DNA of 38,334 bases, taken from positions 1-38,334 of the forward strand of contig JAVKJW010000021.1 of NCBI GenBank assembly GCA_031458695.1, in the 5' to 3' direction. Shown in pieces: positions 35,349 through 38,334 of this stretch (position 1 is the stretch's first letter; the number at the start of each line of letters is the position of its first letter). The notes under the pieces were generated by a model. The model was not told the DNA's origin. It did no database searches and saw only the letters and a list, made by a program, of their open reading frames with translations. Both the position numbers and the translations under genes were made by a program. Origin of the DNA: Candidatus Thermofontivivens primus (GTDB taxonomy: Bacteria; Sysuimicrobiota; Sysuimicrobiia; Sysuimicrobiales; Thermofontiviventaceae).

Positions 35349-35870
35349 TTAGGGAAATCTCCTCAGGAGTTCTCTGAGTGCTCCGTCTGCCACATAGGGA
35401 GGCGCTGCAAGCCAGAGGATGAGCGCCCCACTCTGGTAATAGAAGTGCTTCTGGCCAAGCCCCTCTGTGACGAACACCACTCTTCCTTCCATCTCCAGTT
35501 GCTGCGGTGCCGAAAAGACCTGGATCCCTCTGCGCATCCGTCTGTTCATCCGCCATAAGAGCCACGTTGCCTGCAACGGGCTACGTGCCCGCGTGATCCA
35601 CACCGTCGCCTTCCCCAGTTCGCCCCCGTACTGCGCGATCACCCCCGAATCCGAGATGACCGGCCGGCCATGGAGGCGGTTTATCTCTTCCACGGCAGCC
35701 CTTCCCGTTACCACCTCTTCCAGGCGAAGGCCTGCAAGGACTGGAGGCAGATCCAACTTTGCTCCAGGGGCTCGTTTCGGAGGGACCGCGTGGATGGCCA
35801 GAAGGCCCAGAGCGAGGAGGAGAAGGCCCCCGAGGACGACAATATTCACCACGAGGGCCTTCCGCTTCAC
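35349..35870 (-). CDS. hypothetical protein with N-terminal membrane anchor/signal
   Basis: KRK plus hydrophobic stretch; AAGGAG RBS; 6-nt gap to the cytochrome gene. Confidence 0.75.
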   Translation of the reverse strand: MKRKALVVNIVVLGGLLLLALGLLAIHAVPPKRAPGAKLDLPPVLAGLRLEEVVTGRAAVEEINRLHGRPVISDSGVIAQYGGELGKATVWITRARSPLQATWLLWRMNRRMRRGIQVFSAPQQLEMEGRVVFVTEGLGQKHFYYQSGALILWLAAPPYVADGALRELLRRFP

Positions 35871-35927
35871 TCCTTGATCTCCTCCAACGACCTTTTGAGC
35901 AAGCGCAAGGGCCTGTCCTTATGGATC

Positions 35928-37070
35928 CTAGGCCGCCTCTACCCGCTGGTCAATGGGGACGTAAGGAAGATCCATGGGCCCCACATACTTCAACAGCGGG
36001 CGGATAATGACATTGTCCTTCCACTGCTCCAGGACCTGGGTGACCCATCCAGAGATCCGGCTCATGGCGAAGATAGGGACAAATAGGTCCTCCGGGATCC
36101 CCAGGAGATAGTAGACAGAGCCGGAGTAGAAGTCTACGTTCACATAAATCCCCTTCTCCCGTAGTGGCGCCATGGCTTCCTCTACCTTGGTGAGGATCTG
36201 GTACCACTCCGGTTGGCCCATGCGCTCACCCATCTCCTTAGCGAGCTTCCGGAGGTGTCGTGCCCGCGGGTCCTCGGTCTTGTAGACGCGATGACCGAAG
36301 CCCATGATCCGTTTGCCCTCGGCCAGGGCCTTCTTCACATAGGCTTCCGCATTCTCCGGCTTGCCGATCTCCTTGACCATGGCCATGACTGCCTCGGCGG
36401 CTCCCCCATGGAGGGGTCCCTTGAGTGTCCCAATGCCGGCGACGATGGCCGCGTGCATGTCCGCCAGCGTAGACGCGGTCACCCGGACAGAGAAGGCGGA
36501 AGCGTTGGACCCATGCTCGGCGTGGAGGATCAGATCCACGTCCAGCGCCCGCGCGCTGACCTCGTCAGGTTCCTTCCCGTGGAGCATGTACAGGAAGTTG
36601 GCCGCGTGCCCGAGGTTGGGGTTCGGTGGGACCGGCTCCTTTCCTTCACGGATGCGCGCGTGCGCCGCGACGATGGTGGGGAACTGGGCGGTGAGCCTGA
36701 TCCCCTTGCGGATGTTGGCTTCAAAGCTGTTGTCGTTGACATCTGGGTCGAAAGCGGCCAGGGCGGAGACCGCCGTCCGTAGCACATCCATGGGGTGGGC
36801 GCTCTTGATAAGGCGAATGATCTCAAGGATCTCCGGGGGTAGAGTCCTGCTCACCCGGAGCTGGCTGTCGAAGTGCTCGAGCTCTCGGCGTGTTGGGAGC
36901 TTGCCGTGCCACAGGAGGTAAGTGGTTTCCTCGAACGTAGAGTGTTCCGCCAGGTCGTGGATATTGTACCCGCGGTAGAGCAGCTTCCCAGCCTCCCCGT
37001 CGATAAAGCTGGCCTCTGTGACGTCCACAGTCACTCCTTTCAATCCACGATAGACTTCCTGATCCGCCAT
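35928..37070 (-). CDS. gltA: citrate synthase (short dimeric type; 2-methylcitrate synthase not excluded)
   Basis: GKLLYRGY, HAEHGSNAS, GPLHGGA, MGFGHRVYK..DPRA, NVDFYSG. Confidence 0.93.
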   Translation of the reverse strand: MADQEVYRGLKGVTVDVTEASFIDGEAGKLLYRGYNIHDLAEHSTFEETTYLLWHGKLPTRRELEHFDSQLRVSRTLPPEILEIIRLIKSAHPMDVLRTAVSALAAFDPDVNDNSFEANIRKGIRLTAQFPTIVAAHARIREGKEPVPPNPNLGHAANFLYMLHGKEPDEVSARALDVDLILHAEHGSNASAFSVRVTASTLADMHAAIVAGIGTLKGPLHGGAAEAVMAMVKEIGKPENAEAYVKKALAEGKRIMGFGHRVYKTEDPRARHLRKLAKEMGERMGQPEWYQILTKVEEAMAPLREKGIYVNVDFYSGSVYYLLGIPEDLFVPIFAMSRISGWVTQVLEQWKDNVIIRPLLKYVGPMDLPYVPIDQRVEAA

Positions 37071-37125
37071 CGTTGACCTCCCTCCCTGTTCACTTTTTCA
37101 TTTGACACTTTGCTCCCGTGCCCCG

Positions 37126-37995
37126 CTAGCTCCGTCGTTCCTCTACCCCCTCGCTTTTCTGCTCCCTCACAAGCGCCACCGTCGGTTCCGGCGCCTTGGG
37201 AATGTCGGGCCGTGGAGCTGGGGCGAGTGGAGGAGCTACGGGGGCGGGGGCTTGGACACGCGCCAGCCGTAACGTGCGGAGGACAAGCGCGCGCTTGAGG
37301 AGCTGGATTGCCAGGGCCGGGTCCACGCCTTTCGGGCAGGCCTCGGTGCAGGCCCCGGCGAAGTGGCACCGCCAGACCCCATGAGGAGTATCGAGGATAG
37401 GCGCGCGGGCTTCCATTCCAGAATCCCGAGAGTCGGCGATGTATCGGTACGCTGCCGCGAGGGCCTGGGGCCCGAGGAATGACGCGTCTGTAGCAACGGT
37501 AGGGCATGCTGCGAGGCAGAGACCACATTTGATACAGTAGGCGAACTGGAGGTAGGCCTCCAGTTCTTGGGGAGACTGAAGATATTCCCGGGTGGGCCGT
37601 TCCTTCTCGTCATCGAGCCGGATGATATACGGCCGCACGGCCGTGTGGTTCCTCATCAGGGAGGAAAGATCCGGGACGACGTCCTTGATCACAGGATAGT
37701 TGGAGAGCGGTCTCACCTCGACGACCTGGCTCTCTAGGTGCAGGATCTGGGTCTGGCAAGCGAGTTGGGGGAATCCGTTGATGATCATCCCGCACGACCC
37801 GCAGATCCCCATGCGGCAGGAGGAGCGGTAGGCGATCGTCCCGTCCAGGTTCTCCTTGATATAGACGAGGCCATCAAGCACGGTCATTCCCTTCTGGACT
37901 GGTACTGTGTACTCCTGGAAGCGGGGAGCACCTCCATCTCCTGGGTTGAAGCGGAAGATGCGAAAGACGACCTTTTTTTGATCTTCAGCGAGCAT
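37126..37995 (-). CDS. sdhB: succinate dehydrogenase/fumarate reductase Fe-S subunit
   Basis: SCRMGICGSC..LAC, CIKCGLCLAACP, CHFAGACTEACP. Confidence 0.95.
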   Translation of the reverse strand: MLAEDQKKVVFRIFRFNPGDGGAPRFQEYTVPVQKGMTVLDGLVYIKENLDGTIAYRSSCRMGICGSCGMIINGFPQLACQTQILHLESQVVEVRPLSNYPVIKDVVPDLSSLMRNHTAVRPYIIRLDDEKERPTREYLQSPQELEAYLQFAYCIKCGLCLAACPTVATDASFLGPQALAAAYRYIADSRDSGMEARAPILDTPHGVWRCHFAGACTEACPKGVDPALAIQLLKRALVLRTLRLARVQAPAPVAPPLAPAPRPDIPKAPEPTVALVREQKSEGVEERRS

Positions 37996-38001
37996 CGCGT
38001 C

Positions 38002-38334
38002 TCACCCTGTAAAGGTCTTGACCGTTACATACGTCCCGTAGACAAAGGCGGCGATGCCAGCGAGGAAGAGAAGGCCCGTGATCGTCACTTCCCACCGCCT
38101 GTTTTGCGTCACCTCCAGGAGGATCCCCCGGAGCCCGTAGAGTCCATGATACAGGGCGACGGCGAGGAAGATCACATAGACCACCATCTGAACGGGGTTC
38201 TTTCCCCGCGCGACCACTGCGCTAAAGGCGCGCACATCCCCCAGGTTCAAGCCCAAGACGTTGAGGAGGCCTGCGAGGTGCATGATTCCCATGTGCAAAG
38301 AGAGGAGGAGGACCATGACGACAGCGCAGGCAAT
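38002..38334 (-). CDS. succinate dehydrogenase membrane anchor subunit (5'-truncated by the window)
   Basis: Open to the edge; hydrophobic helices; ALYHGLYGLR.IL.E heme-His motif. Confidence 0.8.
   Translation of the reverse strand: MACAVVMVLLLSLHMGIMHLAGLLNVLGLNLGDVRAFSAVVARGKNPVQMVVYVIFLAVALYHGLYGLRGILLEVTQNRRWEVTITGLLFLAGIAAFVYGTYVTVKTFTG

Overview
GC-rich bacterial chromosomal window, probably from a thermophilic or anaerobic/facultative lineage (taxonomy not determinable here). About 44 credible CDSs; I found no rRNA, tRNA, CRISPR array or transposase. The left ~9.5 kb is accessory and housekeeping: a truncated PLD-like gene, DoxX x2, VapBC, methyltransferase, speD-MFS, Lrp-C, YggT, csp, class II aldolase, HxlR, VKOR-DsbA. 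The rest is central and anaerobic metabolism: maeB, split fumarase, csp, hsp20-lon-PDO-PAS/LuxR, acdA-iorA-iorB-acdB, a BldC-like regulator leading korDABC, a 1133-aa double-FAD HdrA-MvhD fusion, an HdrD-like protein and etfA-etfB. On the opposite strand are the sdh anchor, sdhB, gltA, a hypothetical and a 12-heme cytochrome. The most striking signal is an 18-bp pseudo-palindrome (ATAGWMCAWTTGGMTCAY) that occurs three times, each exactly 21 nt upstream of a -10 hexamer. It precedes two Cys-containing microproteins and the Kor-Hdr-Etf operon, suggesting a regulon, plausibly of the local Cys-PAS/LuxR activator (inference). Other signals: structured RNA candidates (speD leader, fumA-fumB pseudoknot), a likely CTG start codon, and short-period repeat arrays at gene junctions. 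All calls come from motif recognition by eye; no database searches were run.
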